NCBI GenBank assembly: GCA_051362555.1
Contig: CM120648.1
Location: 12,148,587 to 12,212,586 of the forward strand
Direction of reading: 5' to 3'
Source of the DNA: Lingula anatina
Lineage: Eukaryota; Animalia; Brachiopoda
DNA: 64,000 bases
The translations under genes were made by a program, and so were the position numbers. Shown piece after piece: positions 10,251 to 22,087 of the stretch. Numbering within the stretch: position 1 is the first letter of the stretch; each line of letters starts with the position of its first letter. Below the pieces are notes generated by a model that saw only the letters and a program-made list of their open reading frames with translations, was not told the origin of the DNA and searched no databases.

Positions 10251-12980
10251 ATGTCTAGGGCCAGTTTCCACACAGGGTACTTACTCATACATGTATTGGT
10301 TTCCCTTTGGGCGGCCATACTGGGAAAAACGACAACTATTTCAACCCTCAAGTGTGACGTTCACGTGGACCACGGACCAAGAAACGATACATTGGCAAAC
10401 TGCTTGGGACGAAATCTACGTGCGATTCCAGAAGATCTCCCGATTACTACAAATGTTGCTGATCTCTCGAACAATGACTTTAGGCTAATACATATGAAAC
10501 AGTTCCAGTTCCTGTCGAAGCTGAGAGTATTGCGTCTAAGGTCATGCAATATATATTATCTGAATAAGGACGCGTTTTACGGTCTTGGCCTTCTAGAAGT
10601 ATTGGATTTGAGCCGCAACAATCTACGTCATCCATCTGATCAAATCTTCAAATCGCTGGAGTCTCTAATGACTATTAATCTGTCCTATAATAGAGAAATC
10701 TTTGGGACGTCACTGTCAACGTCCCTCTTTGAAGGTTTGGATAGTTTGGCAAACATTTTTCTAGAGGGAATTGCTTTAAAAGAAGTAAGAATGGATGCTT
10801 TTGCAACAAATAACAAGCTGAAACAGGTATTTCTCAATGACAACCAATTTCAGCATATCCCAGAAGCAATATTTAAAAATCGCTATGTAAGTGAGATAGT
10901 TCTAAGCCATAACAAAATACATACTTTTCGGATTAACACGTCAGACACCACAATCCGCAAAAAGCTCGTCCTAGACTTGAACTCAAATCGAATCACTGAA
11001 ATATCTAGGACTGATTTACGACCACTTTTAAGGTATAGTGAACTGAGTATGTATTTAGATAAAAACAAAATCACACACATTTGGGACGATGCTTTTATTG
11101 ATGTGAAACACATTGGTGTACTGTCGGTATCATTCAATCCTTTATGCAAATTACAATTTAAACAGTCCAAAAACCAAAACACCACAATCGGCTGTCCAGC
11201 GTTCCGAAATTTAACTTTGAGTTTAAGGGAGAGCAAAATAACAAGCCTAGTTGCACGAAGCATAGACTTGAACGTTGATAGCCTGAGTTCAACCATGTTC
11301 TCGTCTCTTCAAAATACATCTCTCAGAAAGTTGAATCTTGGACGGAATCATATTAAACTGTTGCAACCATCAGCTTTCAAGCACCAGCCTCAGCTTACTG
11401 AACTAAAGTTGGACTCATGCAGCATACAATCGTTCCCGTTACCGGCCCTACATCCTTTCAGAAACACAATAAAGCACATTGATCTCAGTCAGAATAACTT
11501 GGACACGGATTTGTTGGAAGGAACACTCAATATCTGCCCTAACCTAACGAAACTTTATATTGTAAACAAGTTCGATTCCATCTTTGTGAATAGTAAGCAA
11601 TTGCAAGCGACTTATTCCGTTGAAAATCACTCAAATATAAGGACTCTGGTTTTTAGGCCTAACAAGCCCCAGGAAATTAAAAAAATTGTCTTCAAAAATT
11701 TGTCTTCCCTGGAACGGCTCACCCTCAGTGGACTTTCAAATAGTGATTTAATGACTAACACCTTCAACTTGAGAAAGCTAAAGCTTCAGGATTTACAATA
11801 TATACAGATCTTGGACCTGTCTAGAAACGGGGCATACCTACACTGTGACATACGGAGAGCAGATTACTTTAAAGGAATGCCAAATCTGCAAGAGTTACAC
11901 ATGAATTATAACAGACTGTATTCCACCAATGTCTCTATACTCATTGCTATGTTTCAGTCCCTTGGCAATTTAATATCCTTAGATTTAAGTAATAACTTGT
12001 TATTTGAACTACCAGTGGGAATGTTTGACTCTATGGTGCGTCTCAGACTTCTGATTCTTTCACACAACAAATTGCGGACAATTCCCAAGGGACTATTCAG
12101 AAACTTGAAACAACTCCACACTCTAAGATTGAACTCCAATTCCATTACCATTATCCAAGATGGTGCCTTTGGTGGCTTAGTGTCTTTAAATGTACTTGAA
12201 ATGAGGGACAATAAGTTCATCTGTGACTGCAATATACGGTTGTTTCAGCAATGGTTGCAACGACTTGACAATAAGGACTCAGTCGAGTTTTGCTTTGGCT
12301 CTTACTCAACAAACAAAATTCCTATCACTGAGTTCAAACCTGACTGGTGGCAGTGTGATAATAACACGACGAAGGTGGTGGTAAGTGTCCTTGGACTGGC
12401 ATTATTCATAGTTCTTATAGCTGGTATTGTTTACTATGCAAGATGGGACATAAGATTTGCTTTCGTCGTCAGGTTCGGGTGGCAATGCTGTGCTAAGAAA
12501 GCAAAAGATGCTGACGTCAACCTTGTAAAAATATTCGATGCCTTTGTGTCTTATAGTTTATTGGATACGGCCTGGGTTGCTGCCGAGCTGATCCCAAATC
12601 TGGAAAATGACGAACAATTCAACTTTCGTCTTTGTATCCACGAGCGCAATTTCCTTCCCGGCAATTCTATTGTAGAAAGTGTTGAAGGAGCCATGGACGG
12701 CAGTTATAGTGTCCTTTTCTGGATTACTGAAAACTTTCTGGGAAGCGAAGTTTGTGATTTTGAACTGAATTTGGCCAAAACCAAGCTTTTTGAAGGTAGT
12801 ATTCGCTCGGTTATTTTCATATTCGAAAAAGGTTTTGATAAAACCCAACTACCGCAGCCCATGGGGATAATGATACGTCATTGCCGTTGTCTTTACTGGC
12901 CAGAAATGCGGCTCCGCAAAAGAGATATTTTTTGGAAAAGACTGAAACTTGTCTTATTGGAAAACAGAGACGAGCACTAG
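10251..12980 (+). CDS. TLR: Toll-like receptor, single cysteine-cluster (vertebrate-type), single coding exon, ~909 aa
   Basis: ATG at 10251 followed by a hydrophobic signal peptide, an LRRNT (CDVH...NCLGRNLRAIP), about 20 LxxLxLxxN repeats, an LRRCT (NKFICDC...C...C), a TM helix (VVVSVLGLALFIVLIAGIVYY) and a TIR domain (FDAFVSYS; LCIHERNFLPG; CDFEL; LYWP; FWKRL). The ORF-track start at 10233 is a TTG inside the upstream splice acceptor. Confidence 0.95.
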   Translation: MSRASFHTGYLLIHVLVSLWAAILGKTTTISTLKCDVHVDHGPRNDTLANCLGRNLRAIPEDLPITTNVADLSNNDFRLIHMKQFQFLSKLRVLRLRSCNIYYLNKDAFYGLGLLEVLDLSRNNLRHPSDQIFKSLESLMTINLSYNREIFGTSLSTSLFEGLDSLANIFLEGIALKEVRMDAFATNNKLKQVFLNDNQFQHIPEAIFKNRYVSEIVLSHNKIHTFRINTSDTTIRKKLVLDLNSNRITEISRTDLRPLLRYSELSMYLDKNKITHIWDDAFIDVKHIGVLSVSFNPLCKLQFKQSKNQNTTIGCPAFRNLTLSLRESKITSLVARSIDLNVDSLSSTMFSSLQNTSLRKLNLGRNHIKLLQPSAFKHQPQLTELKLDSCSIQSFPLPALHPFRNTIKHIDLSQNNLDTDLLEGTLNICPNLTKLYIVNKFDSIFVNSKQLQATYSVENHSNIRTLVFRPNKPQEIKKIVFKNLSSLERLTLSGLSNSDLMTNTFNLRKLKLQDLQYIQILDLSRNGAYLHCDIRRADYFKGMPNLQELHMNYNRLYSTNVSILIAMFQSLGNLISLDLSNNLLFELPVGMFDSMVRLRLLILSHNKLRTIPKGLFRNLKQLHTLRLNSNSITIIQDGAFGGLVSLNVLEMRDNKFICDCNIRLFQQWLQRLDNKDSVEFCFGSYSTNKIPITEFKPDWWQCDNNTTKVVVSVLGLALFIVLIAGIVYYARWDIRFAFVVRFGWQCCAKKAKDADVNLVKIFDAFVSYSLLDTAWVAAELIPNLENDEQFNFRLCIHERNFLPGNSIVESVEGAMDGSYSVLFWITENFLGSEVCDFELNLAKTKLFEGSIRSVIFIFEKGFDKTQLPQPMGIMIRHCRCLYWPEMRLRKRDIFWKRLKLVLLENRDEH

Positions 12981-14080
12981 CTAACTTAAACCTGCCGCCA
13001 AAATTGTATACAATCACATTGTTAGTGGAAATGAAAAGGTGGTCTTGTAAAATAACCATTAACGCGTCCATAATTTGACATGGCAAGGTACGTCACGGTA
13101 GATCGCATTCAGCAGTGGATTCTTTTCAAAAACTGTTTACAGACTAGTAAAAAAAAATAAACGTTTTTAGTTCACGTAGCCACAGTGAGATAAGGGGCCA
13201 GAGTGAATGGAAATAAATTCAAAATGGCCGACAATTGCCAACATGGTGGAAAGGAAGTCCATCTTCCTTGTTGTGTAAAATATTGTCTTCATGCACAACA
13301 TATACTTGGCATTGAAATCATGGCCTCGTATATGGACTTTTGAAATATTGTAGGACAAGGTTCATAACGATACCATTTATAAAATCTCAGCTGGTTTTTA
13401 TTTAGTAATAAATCATACATGCATGTGTGTAATAAGAACGCTATTGACACGGGGTTTCGCTTATGTAATACATACTCTATTTGTAATGGATGTAAATAAA
13501 ATGATATTTCTTTATGCTCGGATCGTATATTCACTGTATTATTAAATTTAAAATGATAAGTTTTGGGCTTATTTTAGGCTACCTCGAATGTGAACAATTC
13601 GTCCTTTTTTTTTTGCTCTTTTTGGTAAGGACTTGGCACTGCCGCCAGGTGCCGCAGGAATGCCGTATCCTCGTGCATACACTGTGTGTATCATATTTGG
13701 GTTGTGTTCAGATTTTAAGTTATCGAATCAGTAGAATCGATCGATCTATGCGGGGATTCTTGCTTATGTGAACTTTAAATAATCAGCTTCGTTGTCTGGC
13801 CCAGTCCCTCCAGAAGCTGCGAAAGATGATGACCCCTTATAGCTTCATTATTTGTGGTAAAATAATGCCAAGTGCATCAGTTACACCCCCCCCCCCCCCC
13901 GTAACTGTATTTATCATCTGTTTGAGAAGGACAACAGCGGTGTTTGAAAGCTCGCATGAACTTTAAGTTACATGAACGTATAATCTAGAAAAAAGAAGGT
14001 TAATAGTATCTATAGACTATATCTCACACAAGCTTTGGTTGATCACTCGTTTTGACGGAGAGTCACATGGTAATGTAACG

Positions 14081-14587
14081 TCACACAGGCGTCTCCGAAT
14101 ACGCGCTTATTATAGACTTACGCGACGTGGAGTCTAATGTCCGCGATGACGCCGCGGTGTGAACAGACAAGGTAGAGCTCAAAGTGCTGACAGAGGGCAC
14201 GTTGTTAGAGGCTGTGCATCCGGGTACCCAACCCCGACAGGGGGCCCTCTTTTTTCTAAGAAACTGCTCTCTTCGGTCTTGCTCTTGGCCGGAAAGAATG
14301 CCAAAAAGACACAGGATGAAGGAGGCGATGGTAAGAAGCAAAGGCCACAGTATTACGTTGACGGCACAGGCTTCGCTGCATACAACGTGTCTTATGAATT
14401 GTGACGCATTTGCAGGATTTTGGTAGCACTCAAAAGATGACCCCAGTGCGTCATATTGGTCCCGGAAGTGACGTAAATTTGTCCATTCCTTGGTCGGGTC
14501 TTCCTGGCAGGCAGGGGTGTAGGAGCACTGAAAGCAAAAAAAATTAATGAAGTAATTTTGCTGTCTACCTGTGGTAGACAAACACTC

Positions 14588-14633
<46 letters not shown>

Positions 14634-14855
14634 GGATTTTGGGACCACAAATGGAAGAGGTCTAAGGACTGCCCCGCTCTATCATGTCCTTGGATTTTGT
14701 TACATAAGATCTCAATATTCAAAAGGACATTCATTCAATCACGGATCCAGTAACTCTGCATCTGTTGCACACATACATACATGTACATATATACTAGTAT
14801 GTAGTACCTGTACATACACTACCTTGTGCACCTACGGAAACGCGCGCACTCATGA

Positions 14856-14887
<32 letters not shown>

Positions 14888-16371
14888 TTGTCTATGTGTA
14901 CCAACCGAGGACATCAGCACAACACCATACAACCGAGGACATCTTATTCCTTGGTTAAATCAAAATAAAAACATTCAATTTAGGGTAAAATCTATTCGAG
15001 TATGAATGTTATAAATTAATTTTTTATAAAAACTAATTTTTGCTGACAAGAATTTTACATTCTAACCGAGGACACACACGGACACACACACGTACAGACA
15101 CTACACATTACAACCGAGGACATGCATGCATCTACATGTAATAATGATTGTACTTTTAATGCAAAGCAAATTTTATATAGCGTTACTTTGCAGCAATTCA
15201 CATTTTTATGAAATTCTTTCATATTTAAGGTAAATTCCAAAATAACACCAGAGGTGATGATTAAATGAACAGTTATACAATATTTAATGCTGGGCTTTGC
15301 CACTTTTTTAGAATTGAAGATTATGAGATAAAACATCAATTAATTTAGGAAAAGAAAGGATACTGATGAAATAAAATAAAAGACCAAAGAAATTCGTTTT
15401 CAAACATTTTATTTTCATAATGCTTATTTTCTATTTAGCACTCTTTTATTATCATGAATTTTATATTTTGATAACACAAAGTGTCGTCCATTGGATACAG
15501 ACTTGCATAGTACACAATTTTACAATTGAGGACATCATGCCAGCAGCACCCAAAATTGTTCTTTCTTCCAATTTGATGCAATATTATATAATGCTTAACA
15601 GCATAATGATCATCTATTTTTTATAATAAAATATTAGTATCATGAATATTCAGAAAATGTGACTAGCAAAGGTTTTCAGGTTCATGGAACTCCAAAGTCA
15701 TACTTTGAAAATGCTAAATGTATACAAGAGAGCACTGTACTGAAATGGGTTTCTTTCCATTTTTAACTTTTTTACATAAAATAATACAGTTTACTGCCAT
15801 TTCACATGATCAACTAAGAAAATTGTTGAGATGGCAAAAATATCAATATAACAAGTTTAAATGTCCAATTTCCTCCATTCCGAACATTGTGAATGATTGA
15901 ATCTGACAAACTACAATGATACGAGTTAATTTCCATTTTGGCACTTTTTTTACACAATACAAGATAACAGGTTTACCACCATTTTTATATAATCAACTAG
16001 CAATATTGTCAAGACGCAGAAATTGTCAAACAACCCATTTTACATATCTAGTAAATTCAATAATGAGACTGTTTACATGCCTGACAATCAAATCTGAGGA
16101 AAACCACTTATATACAAATAAAAGCTGAAGTCCCTCAAAACTCAACCAATCAATCTTATTTTTAAATTTGATTTGTATATAGATAACATTGATCAATTCA
16201 CTCTTGTGAGTTTAATGACAACAGGCCTATCGGTTCTCCCTGAAATGTGCTTACAGTGTTACTAATATGCTTTTACTAATAATCATCAGTTCTGTGAGTT
16301 TCATGAAAACAGGCTTTAAGTTATTAGTTCTCCCTGAAATGTGCTTACAGTGTTACATATATGCTGAAAAA

Positions 16372-16416
<45 letters not shown>

Positions 16417-17051
16417 AGCATAAAATTTGAAAGAAAAGGGCCTGGTCTTGCTGATTTTCAATCTTGACCATTCTTTTACTAATAATCATCAGTTCTGTGA
16501 GTTTCATGAAAACAGGCTTATTGGTTCTCCTTGAAATATGTTAACAGTGTTGCATGTACACTGAAAAAAGGAGAAAAAAATGCAAAACTTTTGAAAATAA
16601 TCACCCCATTTCCTCCATTTTGAGACACTGTATTACACAGTACATGATAACATGTTTACCATCATATTTATATAATCAACTAGCAATGTTGTAAAGATGC
16701 AGACAATTTCAGAGAAACACTAACATATTTACATATCTAGTTAATTCAATAATGAGACTGTTTACATGCCTGACAATCAAATCTGAGGAAAACCACTTAT
16801 ATACAAATAAAAGCTGAAGTCCCTCAAAACTCAACCAATCAATCTTATTTTTTAAATTTGATTTGTATATAGATAACATTGATCACTCTTGTGAGTTTAA
16901 TGACAACAGGCCTATCGGTTCTCCCTGAAATGTGCTTACAGTGTTACTAATATGCTTTTACTAATAATCATCAGTTCTGTGAGTTTCATGAAAACAGGCT
17001 TTAAGTTATTGGTTCTCCCTGAAATGTGCTTACAGTGTTACATATATGCTG

Positions 17052-17104
<53 letters not shown>

Positions 17105-19131
17105 AGCATAAAATTTGAAAGAAAAGGGCCTGGTCATGCTGATTTTCAATCTTGACCATTCTTTTACTAATAATCATCACTTCTGTGAGTTTCATGAAAA
17201 GAGGCTTATTGATTCTCCTTGAAATGTGCTTACAGTGTTACATATGTGCTGAAAAAAAAACAGCATAACATTTGAAAGAAAAGGGCCTGGTCATGCTGAT
17301 TTTCAATCTTGATCATTCTTTTTAATTTACTAATAATCATCAGTTCTCTGAGTTTCATGAAAACAGGCCTATTGGTTCTCCTTGAAGTGTGTTTACAGTG
17401 TTGCATGTACAATGAAAAAAGGAGAAAAAATGCAAAACTTTTGAAAATAATCACCCAATTGCCTCCATTTTGAGACACTGTATTACACAGTACATGATAA
17501 CATGTTTACCATCATATTTATATAATCAACTAGCAATGTTGTAAAGATGCAGAAAATTTCAGACAAACACTAACATATTTACATATCTAGTTAGTTCAAT
17601 AACGAAACTGTCAACATGCCTGACAATCAAATCTGAGGAAAACCACTTATATATATCAAAACAAGGCACAACTTCCACAAAACTCAACCAATCAATCCTA
17701 TTTTCAAACTTGATTTGTATATTGGTAACATTGATCACTCCTGTGAGTTTAATGACAACAGGCCTATCGGTTCTCCCTGAAATGTGCTTACAGTGTTACT
17801 TATATGCTGAAAATGGCAGAAAAAAAACAGCATAACTTTTGACAAAAAATGGCCCGGATATGTCGATTTTTGATCTTGACAACCCTTTTACTAATAATCA
17901 TCAGTTCTGTGAGTTTCATGACAATAGACCTATTGCTTCTCCTTGAACTGTGTTTACAGTGTTGCATGTATGCTGAAAAAAAGCAAAAACAACAGCAAAT
18001 TTTCTTTAAAAAAAATAGCAGCCCATTATGAAGATTTTCAAACTTGACCTGCGTTTAACTAATATTCATCAGTTCTGTGAGTTTCATGAAAATAGACCTA
18101 TCGGTTCTCTTTAAAATGTTGCATCGCATATAATATTATGCTGAGAAAAGGGAAAAACAGCAACTTTGTAAAATTGGCCAGATCACACTGATTACGTTGA
18201 TTGCAATTTATATAGCATTCCTTCTGGAAGAGATCGATCCATAGTTAGTACGATAGGATCTGGGAACGGACCCTTAATCGTTTTTGCCGTGTGCATATCC
18301 GAACTGTAGGCCTATATATCAGGACGCGTAATTGTCGGGGCGTCTTTTTTTTTCTTTTTTTATTTCACAAAGCGGTTCTTGCAAATATGCAGTGTTTATG
18401 AATATGTGTGCTCTGTGTTAGCGACATGGACCGACAGGGGCCCATTCAAAATATAATTTCACTTCAGTTGTTAGATTTAGTATTTATTCTAGCAGCCAGG
18501 TGTATAACAAAAGGTCAGATCTACAGGTGAAAAGAAGTGACTGTAGTTCGCAGAGCCATTATGTAATAATAAATGTTTCATAATGTCATAGCCTTCTTCA
18601 AACTGTCAGGGGTAGATTAATTCATAGTTAGCTAAGGGGCCCTTTACACTGGACAGCGTCCTTTCTGCGTCCTGTAGTACGGATCATTTGAGAGTACAAA
18701 ATAATAATACTTAACTTTCTGACAACTGGCCAATCACCAAATATTCATTTTTTTTCAACCAAAGCAATGCTTGTACCTCCTTTCTACGACCACAGTGATG
18801 CCAGTTTCTTGGTCGCACAAAGGACGCCGCCCCAGTGTAAAGGGGGTCTACGGACGATCCATTTACCCTTTTCATTTACTCTGAAGTATCGAATAAAAGA
18901 ACTGATGGAATAAAAGTACTGGGTGGAAAAAATCTCAAAATTTAATAAAAGTACTGATGGAATATAAGTACTGGGTGTAAAAAATCTCGAAATTTAATAA
19001 AAGTACTGGATGGAATAAAAGTACTGGGTGGAAAAAACCTTTGCACCACTCCCCCCCCCCCAAAAAAAAAAAAATGAAATAAATAAATAAAAGTAAAGAA
19101 GAAGAGAAAGAAAAAAGCTAGCTATTGATCA

Positions 19132-19187
<56 letters not shown>

Positions 19188-20968
19188 CACCAGGTAAAAT
19201 TCACTCAGTATTATAATTTATCTTAATATATATATATATATGAGTTAAATTTCAAAATCGTCAGGGGCCGAAAACCCAGATATGTCGCACCTAAGCCGCC
19301 TCCGAGAGCCATACGGAGACGTTATTCATAGTAAATTTATTCTCAGATATAAGGTTCGTTTTGCATACCTGTAAACTCCTAAGGGTTTATCTTACATAGA
19401 AATGTGATTTAACATCGTTTAAATCATAAATCGGCATGAAATAATTGACGTTTGAAAACAGGCACAACTTCTTTGCTGCACTTGAAATGACCTCCTTAGC
19501 TATAAATATGATCCTATCACCTTGCGACATTGCATCATTCGATCGATGTACATGAGTAGTTGTCACTGTTGAAGGGAAAGCACGTCTATTTATAGGAACT
19601 GAAATCAGGTGACGCATGTACTGTTGTGTTCAGAGAGCGACTTCCGCTTGACCTACTTTCCAGTGCTGTTGGTAGAACAGTCGGTAATGAGTTGAGATCT
19701 CAATTTTCTTCTCATTATACTTCAATTTAAGAAAATAAAAAGCGTGACTTGTACTTGTGTAATTTCCCACCGGTACAATATGTATTTAATAAACATACCG
19801 GGTGGAAGATTTTTGAAAAATTAATAAGCGTACTGGGTGAAAATGGAGCGTACCGGCGGGAAGAAATTTGGAAAATTAATTAACGTACCGGTACGTTTAT
19901 TTGATACTTCAGAGTAATTCTTGCACCCTCAAAAGATTGTCGGTCCTAAGATCTACCGAGTGAGCCACAAATTCAGACAGTTCTTCTTTATTTAAACCAC
20001 TCCAAGTCAGTTGTAGGCCTACTAATAAAGAAGCGTGCCGTAATATGTACAGTGCGATGATAGTTATGTAGTTACGTAACGGCCTAGGAGAGCTTAATTT
20101 GATAAAAAAAAAGACCTTTAGTTTAAAAATATGAACTTACTGAATATATAGACATCTGAGATATAACATTAGTTTCAGTTTAGTCTGCCCTTTACAGCAC
20201 AACCGAGGACGCGGAATTTGGTCCGCCCTTAACAGCACAACCGAGGACGCGTGTGTATAGCCCGATTTCAGACAAAAAGTTGGACAGTATTTCTGATACA
20301 CTCGTGGCGGGAATTTGGCCCGCGCTATACAGCATAACCGAGGACTGGCTCAGAATAGCGTCAAATTTCACCACCTAACTTGAAATGGGCCCCTTTATGC
20401 ATTCCACTGCTTATGTCAACCGAGGACGTCCTCGGTTGGAGGTGTGTCCTCGGTTAGTGGGTTTCGGGCGGGTGTGTGTCCTCGGTTAGAATGCGTGCAC
20501 AAGAGCACACACACACACACACACACAGGGAGAGATTTAAATAAAGAAAGGAGCACAAGTTCCCCTTACCTTAGACCTGGACGTTGAATCCATAGCCACG
20601 AGGTCGTCATAGAGATACCCCTTCCGCGTGCCATTTCCCGAGATATACGTCACGACCACCAGCAGACAGGGCAAAGTGTGGTTCCGGTCACGTGCGCACA
20701 CCACCGTGTCATTAACAATCAGGTGGCGCTGACACCCAGTACATTTCACCTCGTCCAATCGATAGTATATGTCCCATACCGTGCACCTCAGTCTCTCGAA
20801 GGCCTGCATATCAAAGTAGCCCTTAGCATAGACGCCGGAGAGGGTCACCAGAAGGACGACGGACACGATGGTCAACCAGAATCCGATCCACAGTCCCGCG
20901 CAGTGGACGTAGCGAAGTTTGGCGTCAGACCACAGGTGGACGGTTTCCTTGGCTTTGGTCAGAAACAT
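14081..20968 (-). CDS. KCNMB: Calcium-activated (BK) potassium channel beta-subunit (KCNMB)-like 2-TM protein, ~281 aa. Exons 20968-20570 and 14527-14081
   Basis: Phase-0 splice AAG|GTAAGG...TTTCAG|TGC joins TM1 and the Cys-rich loop (RCTV...LPCLLVVVTY...YLYDD...SK) to CSYTPAC...FECYQNP...VILWPLLL and TM2. This matches the KCNMB pattern YPCL.V.V / LY / CSYIP.C / F.CY..P / LFWP. Several NxS/T sites lie in the loop, and the cytosolic tail is Ser-rich. Confidence 0.8.
15533..18190 (-). mobile_element. HINE family A, reverse-oriented truncated copy with internal ~690-850-bp tandem triplication and poly(A) expansions
   Basis: Reverse complement of the core and 3' parts of the 41093 and 55095 copies. 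The marker ACATATCTAG...GCCTGACAATCAAATCTGAGG recurs at about 16042, 16731 and 17581. Confidence 0.7.
18634..18849. mobile_element. Small palindromic MITE (Harbinger-like)
   Basis: CCCTTTACACTGG.C.GCGTCCTTT at the left end, with inverse AAAGGACGCCGCCCAGTGTAAAGGG at the right end. Confidence 0.6.
18879..19914. mobile_element. Tc1/mariner/pogo-type non-autonomous element, TA TSD
   Basis: TA|CTCTGAAGTATCGAATAAA ... TTTATTTGATACTTCAGAG|TA, with subterminal AATAAAAGTACTG repeats. Confidence 0.7.
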
Positions 20969-22087
20969 GGTGTTGGTTAAGTCTCAGTCATGTTGGATTC
21001 TGTAAAAATGTCCGTGAATTCCAACAGCACAAATGTCACTTTATATTGCCGCATTCATTTGGTCCCCAGCATACAGGCAACAGTTAGTGGACATAAACTG
21101 AAACTAAATAATATCTTGATAAACTATTGTTTTATCTACCGGTCAAATAATGAGTTTTCTCTCGTCGATGTGATATCATTATGATGTAAGCCTACTCCCA
21201 AATGTGCGACAAAAGAAATTTTCAGCTGACGCATTTCAGGGAGGAATTCGTCAAATCCATAATTATTCTTAAATAGTCTTGTCACATACATGTGTGTGTA
21301 TGTGTAAGGTTGTGATTGTGTTAGTGTATTGTGTTCGTCTCTTTCCGTTTGTGTTCGTGTATGTCCGTTTATCTATAAAAAGTGTCCCTAAACCATAATT
21401 GATATTACTGGTTAGGTTATAAGAATGATTTTTATATAAGCCATGTGCACGTTTACAAGGTGAACACTACTTATTCTATCGATATAGTTTTTTTATTCCC
21501 TCGGGAAAGGAGGAGGACTCTCCAACAAATGAAGTACCCAACTGCAAATATTTCAATAAAATCCTAAGTAAACGTTCCCTAAGTTATCTATGTGAAAACT
21601 TCACAAGAAAATCATGAGCAGAACAGCCCTCATTATTACACTATTCACACCACTAAATTTACATTTTAGCAAAACAGGCGTGGATATCAACGTGACACGA
21701 GACACGTTGGGCCTACCTGGTTTTTGACGTACGTGTTTAAGGTGGCATTGTCCTCACTTGAATGCCAGCGTAACTGGAATGGAAGTCCTCCAGGAACCGT
21801 AGACCGCTTCCCATTACTTTGTACAGGTGACATTCGTTCAATATACTAATCCCAATACTCCATCTAACCCTAACTTGTACTAATCATATGGGAGTCTGGA
21901 CTTCCATTCCTAGGACTTCCATTCCTGTCACACCGGCACAGTTCTACAGGGCACCTACGAGTCTGAACACCGAGACGAAAATGTACACTTTCGATTGAAA
22001 GGCACAGGATAATATTTTGAATTGAAGTATAAAGAAATAACATCTCCAATGTGATTGCCACTATTTTTGTTTCAAGATAATCTTATC

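Larger units (their letters stand above)
14885..20505. mobile_element. ~5.6-kb non-autonomous TIR element flanked on both sides by (CA)n, carrying nested insertions
   Basis: Ends CTTGT-N11-AACCGAGGAC and its inverse GTCCTCGGTT-N11-ACAAG. Eleven exact copies of AACCGAGGAC are confined to the two ends. (CA)n runs at 14856-14884 and 20506-20527. Confidence 0.7.

Noticed and set aside
10291-13086. Overlapping and antisense ORFs within the TLR
   Set aside because: Shadow ORFs of a long coding exon.
12981-14080. Possible overlapping 3' UTRs of the convergent TLR and KCNMB-like genes
   Set aside because: AATAAA hexamers occur on both strands but are expected by chance in AT-rich DNA; transcript data are needed.
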